Origin: Catajapyx aquilonaris
Taxonomy: Eukaryota
NCBI GenBank assembly: GCA_000934665.2
Contig: KZ538173.1
Span: 1 to 64,000 of the forward strand
Direction: 5' to 3'
DNA: 64,000 nucleotides
The notes under the pieces are model-generated. The model made no database searches and was not told the DNA's origin. It saw only the letters and a list, made by a program, of their open reading frames with translations. Made by a program: the position numbers and the translations under genes. How positions within the stretch are numbered: position 1 is the stretch's first letter; each line of letters starts with the position of its first letter. Below are positions 11,301-23,100 of this stretch, piece after piece.

Positions 11301-14300
11301 GGTACAGGCCAGGTGAGTAGGAGTTGGGAGGCTGCGTCTGAGCCAAGGCAACCAACCAACCGAGCAGCAGACAACTAACTACCTGCCTACCTACTCGATT
11401 ACTTGCTTTGACTACTTACCACCAGTGGAGGCCCCTCTCGGGTTGCGCCTCTCACTTGACCACTGCCCACTCGAATGGTCATCAAGACGACCTCTCTATT
11501 GATATGGCCCATCCCTCGTGTCATTGACTATGCAGAGGTAGCTCTATCTATGGCCAGAACAGGTGTGGTGCCATGTCTGCTTCCGGTGGCGTCACATGTA
11601 GAGGAAATGCCATATGTTCGGGTGTTTCCTAAGTCTGTGTGTGTATTGGTGCAAAAAGGATTGGAGTTTGCATATATGGATTATGGGATGTACGTAATAA
11701 ATATTTTGCTACATGTAGGTGGAGGTGCGGGGTCCTCTTACATTTTCCGTCTGCCCACTTCGTAGAATTGTGGATATGGTCAATTTATTGCACGATAGAG
11801 CACTGCGCACTTTATGCTTTTAGTCTGCACTGGGGCACGCCCAATGACATCATGATAACCGATAAGGTCAACGACTTGAAAACATACAGAGGATGATTCA
11901 ATGGATGTATGAAAAGCGACATGCCAATATAGTGGGCATTACATGATGTTTATGTGGAATTTGCTACCAATATATTTTACCGTTGCATTATTGAAAATAT
12001 TTTCAATTATTTGAAAGGATAATTTCCAATAAGTTATTTTAGCCAGCTGGTGGATTATTAAGCTCCAGTTACCTAATCCTCTCTCAAAATAAAAAGTGTT
12101 TGTATTGTAATTGAGGAATTGAATTTTATTTGCATAATAAGATTAATATTGTTTCTTTTCTTTTCGCGGATAAGACGTACACATGAATACCTTAACTTAT
12201 GCCGTAAATGTTACGTAAAGTGGTCGGAAGCATCAAAAGTTGTTCAGTGTTGCACCTTGGTGAATCTCATAATCAGGTGGCACAAAAACTTCATACCCAC
12301 GAGGAAATTAAAATAGAAGCCCACATGCAAATTGCAAAGCGGGGCAGATTTGTATAAGGGAATCAATCAAACAGTGGGTAGATGCGCACTCAAGAACTAT
12401 TAAGAATGATTGTACTGTGTGCTATGTCGCTGCGAAAAAATAGCATGAGTGTCTGCACCAGGGGCAGGGGTCACTGAAAAGCAAGTGAAGCCTGCTGTGC
12501 TCTAATGCTACTGTATGATGGAGGGAGTGCAGGTATTATATACTTACGCTAAAGTTACATGGGAACAGAGACACTGTAAATCCAATGAAATCGTTGAATT
12601 TTTTTTTATGGTGATGAAAAGAAGTTTTCATCTTTGTGGCCGCGCAATACATTTGCACTATTTTATGGGGGGTTAACATTGTGGGAAAAATAGTGACAAT
12701 CGTAATTTGTGCCCATATTTTCTTATTAATGCTCATATCAGTGCTCATATCAGTAATATTATAACAATGTCAGATTCGCAAATGTGTAGACATATATTTT
12801 TTCTGTTGTTAATATCATACTGAATATTATTACATCTCGTAATGTGTGTCGACAATTCAATTCGCTGGACATGTTGTGCATATGAAAGTATGAATATGCA
12901 AATCCCGTATAATTGGGATTCCTAATTTTATTGCAACAAGTTAAATAGGCACACTGCACCCTATATGACCTTCTTATCATCTTCCCTATTTACCACACCA
13001 TCAGCCACCCTTGCATTTGAGACTGCACAGCATAATATTATTAACTAATTAATTAGTTGGGTAATGCTTTCACCCATCAGGGTATATCGCATAGACCTTT
13101 ATTATTAGCTGTTGGTGTGTATACATAGTACATTAGCGTATCGCCCGGGCCCACCGGCAGGATGACAGGAGGGGATGTGCAAGGTGCAGTGCATCTGACG
13201 CTGTGGCCATTTTTAGTGAACTCCCCCGGGTAGTTTAGTCTGTGGAAATACCACCCGAGACGAAGCCAGAGGTGACCCGAGGCTGCACAGCATATGACGA
13301 AAGGTCAACTAATAAATATAATAAGCTTATGCCTATTATTATAAAACAAAGTCGTCGCTGTTTTATTATAAGTCACATTGCCCTGATATAACATTTTGGC
13401 GCAAATAAAATAATGCGCAGGTACCCGGGACAGCTGACCCCTGACGATACCATGTAATCAGTCAGCTCAAATGCAAGGTTTGTGTAAACTCAATCTAAAT
13501 GTTTTCATAATATATGTATATATCGTTATTCATCAGTAATCTTATACATTCGAAATAACGCCCATATATCAGCACACCCGCTATAATTATGAACAATGTT
13601 CATCTATTTTACTGTTAAACGATGTCATTATGTGAAGATAAGTTGCAAAAACTTGAATAATAATATTGGCATTAGGCCTTATGTCGTCCAAATAGACTTA
13701 AAAATGGTGGCCAGAGAAGGAAGCTTCTGTATGCAAATAAAATCGTCTTTCCTGTGGGGTATATGAATATATTATGTATAGATCTTCTATAGGTCGCACA
13801 TCTGCTTCATTGTTTTATTAGTCAGATTCTACAGTCCACGAATGTTATTCCTACATGTATTGAACAATGCATTATCCTATTTCAGTTACGACCCACCTGC
13901 AAGTTGTGACGCATGTAGTATTGAGAAAGGTAAAAATGTACAACATCGCAATTGAAATATCTGCAGATGGTCTGATTTCTAAAACGACTATACATCTCCC
14001 TCAACCGCACTATTCAGTCATACCTAAGCACTCTTTCCATAATATCATATTTTAATCTCCAATATTATTCACCCGAATGTACAGACTCCCACACTCACAC
14101 AAAGAAGCACGGCATATAGCACTGGCGACATTGGCAAATTCTTAGGGTGAGCAATGTCCCTGCTGCGACTCCCGGTTCCATCTTGGGACTCGGACACGCA
14201 AGTACATTTCTCGGCTTGACACCACGACTTTGTAAGCACCCCCGCCTTTCTCCCCGTATTTTCATCACGAACGACACCGCTTTTGGTGCTTGCTGCTGAG

Positions 14301-17300
14301 GAGGACCTCCCTGGGTAAAGAGAACTTATCTAGAGGAAATACCATCTCCCAAGTTCAAACAGCCGGTTTGGACCAAAGGACTGTCTTTTTTCTCTCTAGC
14401 CGGAATGGGTGGTGCCCCGTTGAAACAAAAACCCTAGTGTGTGAGCCAGCAACAATTGTGGCAGGAAATGACGTGAGTGACACCCTCCCAAGCATATATG
14501 ATGATACAGCCCCATTTTATGGCAGCTGAAAAACGTGCTAGAATGATGAGCCAGCTATATGATGGCGATTTGAAGCAAGCCTAATCCTAATTCGTTTCGT
14601 GACAAGCTCCAACTCTCGGAATAACAACTTCTTTCTTTTTCTCAGGCCGTGAAAAGAGGTGGGAGTTGGGATGTCATGCTAGCTGGTGGTGGCATCGCTG
14701 CGATTTATGACCACACGGCGCATTTATTTCGGGGTGTGGGGGCCAAAGGATGGTGATGGCACCACTATTGCTCTCTAGCTCGAGAATCATCATCGTGGTG
14801 ATGGGAGCAACGCGACTGAATTCTGATGAGATCCCGATGCTGCGAAGGGATCTTGACTGGTTTCTCCACGAGATTTCTGCTGCATAGCAACAAGTTGAGG
14901 AACATTTCATAGAACGGATATTCGCAAGAAAAATGGCAGAAAGTCGAATTTATTTTTAGGCCCATTATTACCAGAGAAAATTTTTCAGTACAGGAGGCGT
15001 ATATACTCATCCAGGTTTCGTTGATGGAACAATTGGATTTCAAACTGCAAAATGTTACACCGATTAGATTGCTCCATAAGAATGTAAGCTTACAAGATAT
15101 AAAAAGCGGATCGAGTTTTTCCAGTCGAACGATTTCATATCGCCCCCTTTCCCTTCCATCTGGTGGGAAAAACAGTACAGGCCACAAGTGATAACCTTAC
15201 CATTTGCCACGAACTAGCCCCCTAACCCCCTCCAAAAATAATAATAGCAGTTTATATACCACGCAAGATGGCGGAGAAAGCGATAGCCATCTGATAATAA
15301 TGCGAAGCGGCCCATTTGAGTGTTGGACGTAGGGTCCATTTTCCTCAAGGTGGAGCCCACCTTTCGTGGTGGCGGCATGCATATATCCCTCCTCCAAATC
15401 ATACCCGTATGCAAATGAGAGCTCCATTTGCATGGAAACAACTCCGGGTTCCCAAACCAGTTGGCATTACACTTGGGATCCTGGAGGAATGATGGCAATC
15501 TGACCAATCGGGTAGCTCCCGTTTATGCAGCGGCTTCTGGACGGTCCAATGAGGAGAAGAAGGAGCCATCTCCCTCTAGCCCGGCCATTGGTCGAAGGAT
15601 CATTTTTTTCTGAGCGTGACCTGATGCTGATGAAGATGATATAGGTGGTGGTGGTCATGGGGTGGGTGGGGGGTCGGATGGCCCCGGGGCAGAATGGGCA
15701 TCGGGGGTGGACAACAGCCCTCTAACGAGTAAGTGCGCATCGGCTAATCTTCCAGGAGGCCTCCATGATTCTTTTCTTCTCGCCAACCACATCATGGAAC
15801 ACTTTATTTATGGGACCTTTTCCGCCGTGTTTTAAGGAATAAATCTGCCTCCACTGACATGGAGGTTAATCACACGTCACTTCGTCCCCAAACTGGGCAT
15901 AACTCTTATTTTTGAGAGAGGAATGCCGCGAAACGTGGAAGAGATGCCTCAGAGGAAACGATGATGGCGTCATTCTAAATCGGGGGAGAATTCTTTGCCC
16001 TCATCTGGTTTTTTGGAACATGCGCTATCAAGGTGGTAAGGCAAGTTTCTTGGTCATGGAATCCTCGGCATGCTCAAAAATTCCATATGCACGACCTTGT
16101 TATTTTATGCTCCCATTTTTTACGCGTCTGGATGATACGGGAACATTGGCGTACGAACAGTTTCATGCGAATATAATGCAATATCAAACATGAACGTGGT
16201 TGAAATGTTTCATAAGAAATAATGTTACGTCGTCGAAGGGAAAATACATATAATCAATATTTTCTCACAGTTTCACGATATTGATATACATAAATTACAA
16301 TCAGGTTTAAATGGTACATGACGACGAGTGCTGCTGTCAAGCCTCAACATTGTTACGTAATGTAAACTGTGATTATAAAAATATCCCTAGATTTAGATGC
16401 AGAGGTGGTTCGCAAATCATTTGGCGTTTTTTTTGCAAAATCATGTAGCACACTTTAAGTTAGTACTGACTGTGATGAGACATGCTGTAGCAGGTCCAAC
16501 TGAAATTGCGGCATATCTGCTGAGATAGAGTATAATTCGTGCTATAGCAGGTATTGACAGTGCTACTGTAGTGAATTCGGTTCGCTATGCAACAATTGTA
16601 ATTTTTAAAGCGTTTGGAGAACTTTGTTGAAAACTATGATCAACTTCAGTGTATTTTTGTCCTGGAGCGTGCTGGAGCCCGACTGTAACATTTTAAGTAA
16701 TGGAGAGTCGGTATTTCCATATTAACTCATCGTCATTTCACCGTTTTTTAAAGACATTTACAGACAGCCGGATGTAATTATATAGGCTATATAGTGCACT
16801 CCCCAAAAACGTTTTTGTCAATGTAATATGTAATTAGTAGCCTATTATCAATCAGAGAAGCCGCACAATAACATGCATGGAGCAAAGTATCACAAATTCT
16901 TATCATCCGTAATATTTACATTATTAAGTGGCTTGTGCAGCGGACTATCAACATGGTTTCCACACACGTCCCGCCCATATACATTATACAGCTTCAAAGT
17001 CCGTGAAAGAATTGCCTATAGAAGCCGTATAATAAAAGCTAATCTAATGCTTTCATGTTATCTAAGCCCATCTTGGGAATATGCTGTGACGTGGTGTTTG
17101 TGTAAGTTCTCATTTGCTAATAAAAATAAAAATATTTTAAAAATTAAACAAATAATAATTCCGTAACATCTGAGTTTTAATAATTAAAAAATTGTGAGAT
17201 AATATAATCGTCTCCACTGTAATTATAGATGGCGGACAATTCAGTGCACAATATTGTATTCCGGCATCTGAGGACTTTTGTGCAGAGTTGGGTGGAATAA

Positions 17301-17348
17301 AATAAAGATCTGTAGAAGGATTTGAATAGGCGCATAGCAGACGCACTT

Positions 17349-17615
17349 GGCGACACGGTGGCGCAGTGGTTAGCGCCTCATCAGCCTTCCACATCTGACT
17401 CTCTGAGGTCCCAAGTTCGATCCCTGGATCGGACAGAGGATACATATGTGGACAGAGTTTCAATGGATTTCTCCGTGTTCGCGTGAGTTTTTTCGGGGCT
17501 CTCCCGTTTCCTCCCACTTAAAAATCCATCACGTTATAGGCAAATGATTCAAGTCGGTGAATTAAAAGATGAACCCCTAAAAGGCCCAAGGAGGCCTATC
17601 ACGGGGTATCCATTA
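17349..17615 (+). mobile_element. tRNA-derived SINE with V/Meta-type central domain
   Basis: Head GGCGACACGGTGGCGCAGTGGTTAGC with A box 17359-17369 and B box GTTCGATCC 17415-17423, then TCTCCGTGTTCGCGTGAGTTTTTTCGGGGCTCTCCCGTTTCCTCCCAC. A second copy lies at 44368-44527. 3' end is approximate. Confidence 0.8.
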
Positions 17616-17617
17616 TA

Positions 17618-18639
17618 CAGGGTGGACGGAAAGTTTCTGACCCCCCCAGGTTTTTTAACCATACTTTTCACAGCGTCTTTTCACATCTTTGAAAAGTCCA
17701 CAAGCAGTTCTAATGTACGCTATCTTTTAAAGCATAATCTTGAGAACATCTAAGCACCTTCGCTCTCGCAATTCCATTAATAACTTCGCATCTGTGACTC
17801 ATCTAAACATCCTATCTGTTTTGCGTTTATTTTGCTTGTTGCCTTGGAGGACCCCTGGTCATATTCTGCATCAGAAATGGTTTTTATGACCCTTTTCGCT
17901 TTTCCATGAGTTCCCCTTCATGCAAATGTTGTGAACTCACTCCTGACCTTATTTTTCGCATTGGTCCATAACCTGGTCCAATAAATATTTGAAAAGGAAT
18001 GCATGAAATGGCGGACCCGGATGCATTACTTTCGAATTCTCACATTGGTACCATCACATTTGTCTCCATTTTTACTTTCAAATAATTTTTTGGTGGGAAA
18101 GGACAGTAAACAGTCCTACCTTGGTAAATTAATCAACATGACACATCCTTTCGTTCACGTCCTTTCGCACCAAAAAAATATTTTAAAGTAAAAGTGGAGA
18201 CAAAATGTGATGGTACCAATGTGAGAATTCGAAAGTAATGCATCCGGGTCCGCCATTTCATGCATTCCTTTTCAAATTTTTATTGGACCAGGTTATGGAC
18301 CAATGCGAAAAATAAGGTCAGAAGTGAGTTCACAACATTTGCATGAAGGGGAACTCATGGAAAAGGGTCATAAAAACCATTTCTGACGCAGAATATGACC
18401 AGGGGTCCTCCAAGGCAACAAGCAAAATAAACGCAAAACAGATAGGATGTTCAGATGAGTCACAGATGCGAAGTTATTAATGGAATTGCGAGAGAGAAGG
18501 TGCTCAGATGTTCTCAAGATTATGCTTCAAAAGATAGTGTACATTAGAACTACTTGTAGACTTTTAAAATATGTGAAAAGACGCTGTGAAAAGTAGGGTT
18601 AAAAAACCTGAGGGGGTCCGAAACTTTCCTTCCACCCTG
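17618..18639. mobile_element. Tc1/mariner-type foldback MITE, ~460-bp inverted arms, TA target duplication
   Basis: TA|CAGGGTGGACGGAAAGTTTC ... GAAACTTTCCTTCCACCCTG|TA. Arms 17618-18078 and 18185-18639 pair apart from scattered substitutions and small indels (one of 7 nt). No transposase ORF. Confidence 0.92.
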
Positions 18640-18646
18640 TAGTATA

Positions 18647-19208
18647 CAGGGTGTTTATTGTAACTCTGCAAAGACTTTCAGGGGTAATAGAGGGGACCAA
18701 GACAAGTATTTTTGACATAGGAACCAGTGTCCGGAAACGCCATCTAGAGGGGGTTCATAGACAAGGAACGGGCGCGCTCAGACGCGTCAGGCGAGAGGCG
18801 CTAGGCGAGCGGACTGTTTTGTTGATAGATGGCGCTCGGATAGTAACCAACGATGCGATGTGGCATAACCTGGCAACAGCAGAGCCATCTAGCAACTTAA
18901 GTCCGCCTCCTAGGAGATGCGCGGATAGTCAACAGCGGGTCTTTCGTTGCCAGGTTATGGCGTATCGCGTTGTTGTTTACTTACAACGACGCAATACGCC
19001 ATAACCTGGCAATAACTGCGCGCCACCTATCAACAAAACAGTCCGCTCGACTAGCGCCTATCGCGTGACGCGTCTGAGCGCATCCGTTCCTTGTCTATGA
19101 ACCCCCTCTAGATGGCGTTTCCGGACACGGGTTCCTATGTCAAAAATACTTGTCTTGGTCCCCTCTATTACCCCTGAAAGTCTTTGCAGAGTTACAATAA
19201 ACACCCTG
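18647..19208. mobile_element. second Tc1/mariner-type MITE, ~190-bp inverted arms, TA target duplication
   Basis: TA|CAGGGTGTTTATTGTAACTCTGCAAAGAC ... GTCTTTGCAGAGTTACAATAAACACCCTG|TA. Arms 18647-18835 and 19020-19208 are nearly identical. Confidence 0.92.
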
Positions 19209-19390
19209 TATAGCTGACGCACTGCTAACTGAGAAGCCTGATTATACATTCCATACTGTGAGCCGCTATTTGAAAAGTACAGTCACGAGCATGTGACGAC
19301 GGACTTGGGGAGGAGCTTCAACGAGTTCAGTGTAAATCTGATGATGTTTCTGCCTCAAGGCGAAAATAAATTGTTGTGTGATAGAGTATA

Positions 19391-19844
19391 TAGAAGAGTA
19401 TAAGTCAAAAGAGATGTAAGATGTAAGTGCCAAAAAATTCAAAGTTTAGGTCAGTAAGGTCAGTAAGGATTCCAAGTCTCAGGAAAAATACTGCAGCTTC
19501 ATTATTTTTACTCTACGGTATAAAAATGGCTGAGTCGAGTCTCACACAGAAGAGACCAAAACCAGTATTGTGGGCACTTACAGCTTTTTAACCCTTGGCT
19601 CGTCTTGGCACTTACATATTTTTCAGATTTGCAACTTCTCAAGGTATTCCTGCGAACTATACTTTTGCTTGTGGTACTGCAGATGAATATGATCGGGACA
19701 AAATGAAATTGATGAGGTCTGTAACGAGTAAGATTTTGTGATGAGTATAAATTTAATACTGTAGAAAACTCCTATACACTTTTCGTTGATTTCTCATGTT
19801 TCACATTTTTGGCACTTACATCCCTTTTGACTTATACCATTCTA
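19391..19844. mobile_element. MITE with ~40-bp terminal inverted repeats, inside an older inverted repeat (19322-19913)
   Basis: TAGAAGAGTATAAGTCAAAAGAGATGTAAG..TGCCAAAAA pairs with TTTTTGGCACTTACATCCCTTTTGACTTATACCATTCTA. Extra internal GGCACTTACA copies near 19573 and 19607. Confidence 0.7.
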
Positions 19845-20010
19845 TGTCGTTATGACATTCGATGTATATATTTTAGTTGGACCAGAGAGATCATCAGCTA
19901 TATACTGAACTCGGCTATATTAATAGGACACGCAATGGTAAGCATGTGCCATTTAAAGTATAGATTTAGTTGCCAGTAAGGCAGTAATCATGTTTACTTT
20001 CCCTCGACGT

Positions 20011-20161
20011 TGAAAATGGGGAAAAACAGCAGGAACCCACGGAGAAAACCCACACCGGCTAATACGGGAAAAAAATTAACTTACACTGATATAGTCATCG
20101 GATGCTGATGGATTCGGGCTTTCCGAGGTGGAAAAAGATTGTGGCCTAAAACACTACGCTA
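20011..20161 (-). mobile_element. degenerate tRNA-derived SINE fragment
   Basis: Minus strand reads TAGCGTAGTG (A-box-like) ... TTCCACCTCGG ... CGAATCCC ... GGTGTGGGTTTTCTCCGTGGGTTCCTGCTGTTTTTCCCC, resembling the core of the 17349 SINE. Confidence 0.5.
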
Positions 20162-23100
20162 TATAGAGTGCCGGAGCACAGAGTATAGTACAAGTAAATA
20201 GTTATGTTCATTGTCAGTATATCTTCTGATATGACAAATACTGTTGACCTCGGAAGGTTTTGGCACTTTGTTAGACCTAAATGTGATCCATTTAGTAAGT
20301 ACTGTATTTTGGCTAGATACTGTAGTGGATTTCAAAGTCAAGCAAATAAAAATTGCAAATCCAATATTAATCATTGCGAAACTGTCAGACATCACACCAG
20401 ATTTTGTACAATAGTTAGTCTACGCTTTCAAATATAAAGCATATACGATTTTCAAAATTAACCGCCGGAAAGGCTTCAGTGAGGACTGTCTCTGCTGTCC
20501 ACACACATTATACTTGATCAAGTATTCAGGACTCCTATTTACCTTCAAACAGCATTTTGGTGCAAATGTGGTGAATGACAAAAGTGAACGAATATTGCAA
20601 AATAGTGGAAATCAATTGAGAGATAAGGGGACGAGAAACTGCGAATTTGTATTTTTCTCTAAATTAAATGAGTCTCAAATTGCAAATTTTCTTATAGTGT
20701 GCATGGCTGTACATACAAGCAGAACTATAATTTAACCCTACTAATTTTCACTGGATGTGGTTCAACTCTTCAAGTATCTTTAAGGGCGAGCAGTGTCCAG
20801 CTTCAATTGTATAGGAATGATCAGCCGTATGGCGTATGTCGATTGCTTTTGATCACAAAGGTGGGATTTGCATATCAATTCTGTCACATGCCCATAAACG
20901 TTGCCAAAGCGTCTCTGGACTCTAAGGCTTGTAGTGTGTGCCTACCCATTTAAACAGCCAACATGTGCCCTCGCCACGCTCACATTCTCGCACACCATCC
21001 CCAGAGAGAGCCGCCTATAATTTCACAACCACTACCTTCGTGGCCATTATTTCGAGGGCACTTTCGCCAGAGAGAGTTCCTCAATAACCCCCACATGCGC
21101 CTAATCCGAAAAGCGCCTAAATCACTCCTCAATCCCCCGGTTTTGACCAGCTTCTGAGGCCACCATCCGCTTAAAAAAAAAACAACCCCCACGTGTCCCC
21201 CTATAGTCCCCACCTCGACCCCAAAAAATGAGAGGCAATTCCTCTAATGGATGTTCCAACAATGGGCTCAATTTTTCAGCAGGTGCGAAGGTGGATGTGG
21301 GACGAGGTAAGCCCCAAGATGGGCAGCCATGGGAGGAAGGAGGATTGGGGGGTACACATCAAGATTGGCGGTCCATGTCGAAGGAGGCTTCGCCATTGTT
21401 CTCCTGGAATTTTCCGCGTCCGCCCTGCTGCATCTCTCGGGATGAATGGAGAGAAGGGGCAAGGCGAGTTTATAATGATACAGACGGGGTCGAAAAGGCC
21501 ACTGGGGCCTCCACCCCGAATAAAAAAAAAAGACTAAAGGATCATCCTTTGGAAAGAAAGAAAAAAGAGTCCATCACCACCTTACGACTGTGGATGCACG
21601 AGGTCTGCCCACGAATTGAGAGCTCCACCTCCTGTACACTGTACTCACATTGTCCCCAGCATCGTGTGTACAAAAAGAAGCAACCCACGTTCTGGCCGAA
21701 GTGGACTTTTATGGTGGTCATACTTTCGTTGCTGACATTCTAGCTGACTCATCATTGAGTACTGTGTATATCAAAAATGTTGGACGGAAAATTTCCATGT
21801 CAACTGAAAAAAATGACGTCAAAAATATTTGACCCGTAGCACTGTGCCTTGAAAATATGTGAGGTGGAAATGAGGGAAGAAATGCCATCAATCCGAGTGA
21901 TTGACTGGTCAAACAATAGTCTCCGCAGCCTGTTAATGAGTCGATTATTATGGAGGGGAAAAAGGATTGAAGGCCATCGGCATCCCCCGAATCGTCTTGG
22001 CTTTTCTGACGACCTATTGACACGTTAACCGTCTCTCTCTTGACAGTGCCTGGACCTGCAGCATGGGGCTAATCTGTGATGGATGGCCATAACGGAGGCC
22101 CCCCAGTCGATCCGATCTGGAGGAATGCAAGGTTTGCCAAGGTCCCTATCCATCGAATTTCCTTCAGGGTTTTTGGTCAGATAGACTACCAGTAGAGCCC
22201 AACTAGTCAGTCCAGTTGGCCAACGCAATTTGGAGGCGCATGTTAATGTTGGCGACGAGAAGGTTAGGTGGGATAATAAGTGTGGGGTCGAAGGGTGGTC
22301 ATGGGAATGGATGGATTCCTGTGGAGGAGAGCTGCACCAGGGCGATAAAGGCTCCAGGAATGCACGGAGGCCTGACCTGACGCGGGTTCTAAGATGGCAG
22401 AGATGACACGTAATTTCAGTGATAGTGCAGAGCCTTAGTGAGTGGTGGGTGGGAGAAGCCTTCCGAATAAATGAGAAAAATTCCGGCCCTGTCGACTCCC
22501 GCGTTCCCGTCAGCCACCATAATGACACGTCATTACGATGCAAAATCTTGGTGGGGCCTAGCGGGAGACATCATCATGGTCGAGGACGCAGAGGAAGACA
22601 ACGGGGGACATTCCCTGTTCTGCTGCCAAGTCAGGGTCCCAAAAATGGCGGTTGAGCGTCGGTTGAGCCATGCGGCGTGGTTAGGCCTAGCTCGTGCCTC
22701 AACCGACCCGGGGTTGGAAAATTATATTTTAAAGAGCTAGCCAAACGGAAGGTCGCACATTTCCCAAGCCATCTCCGCCCTTCCCACCTGAGGGAAAGAA
22801 AACAGTGACAAGAAATTCGAGCCGACAGGGGGTAAAAGGGAGGTAAAAATGGGCTGCTCCATCTCCGCTTTTCTTTCTTTCTTTCTTTTTTTTTATATCC
22901 ATATATCCCCCTGCCGAAGCAGTAAGTGGCCGACACGTCATCTAAAGGAATAGTTGCCAGCTGCACCCAAAACAAATGACTTGGGGGCCGAACAGGGCAC
23001 CGCGATTTCTTTGCCCGCATCGAAGCCCTCTTCGGGTCACCCTTTCAAGACGGTACCCCCAGGCACAAACCACGCATAACGGGCGATAAACCGTGATCAA

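Noticed and set aside
13016..13335. CCCGAGACGAAGCC-type hairpin element (Crypton-like relic)
   Set aside because: Too degenerate to define ends or family.
14820..14860. Hammerhead-like CTGATGA followed by a GATCCC/GGGATC stem
   Set aside because: The required GAAA after stem II is missing.
17349..17430. tRNA gene
   Set aside because: A and B boxes are present, but no cloverleaf or acceptor stem, and it runs on into a SINE body.
18651..19249. Two ORFs sharing FIVTLQRLSGVIEGTKTSIFDIGT
   Set aside because: Artefact of the MITE inverted arms; no transposase motif.
21228..23020. ORFs of 130-172 aa in the intergenic region
   Set aside because: No recognisable domain or exon chain; expected in GC-richer enhancer-like DNA.
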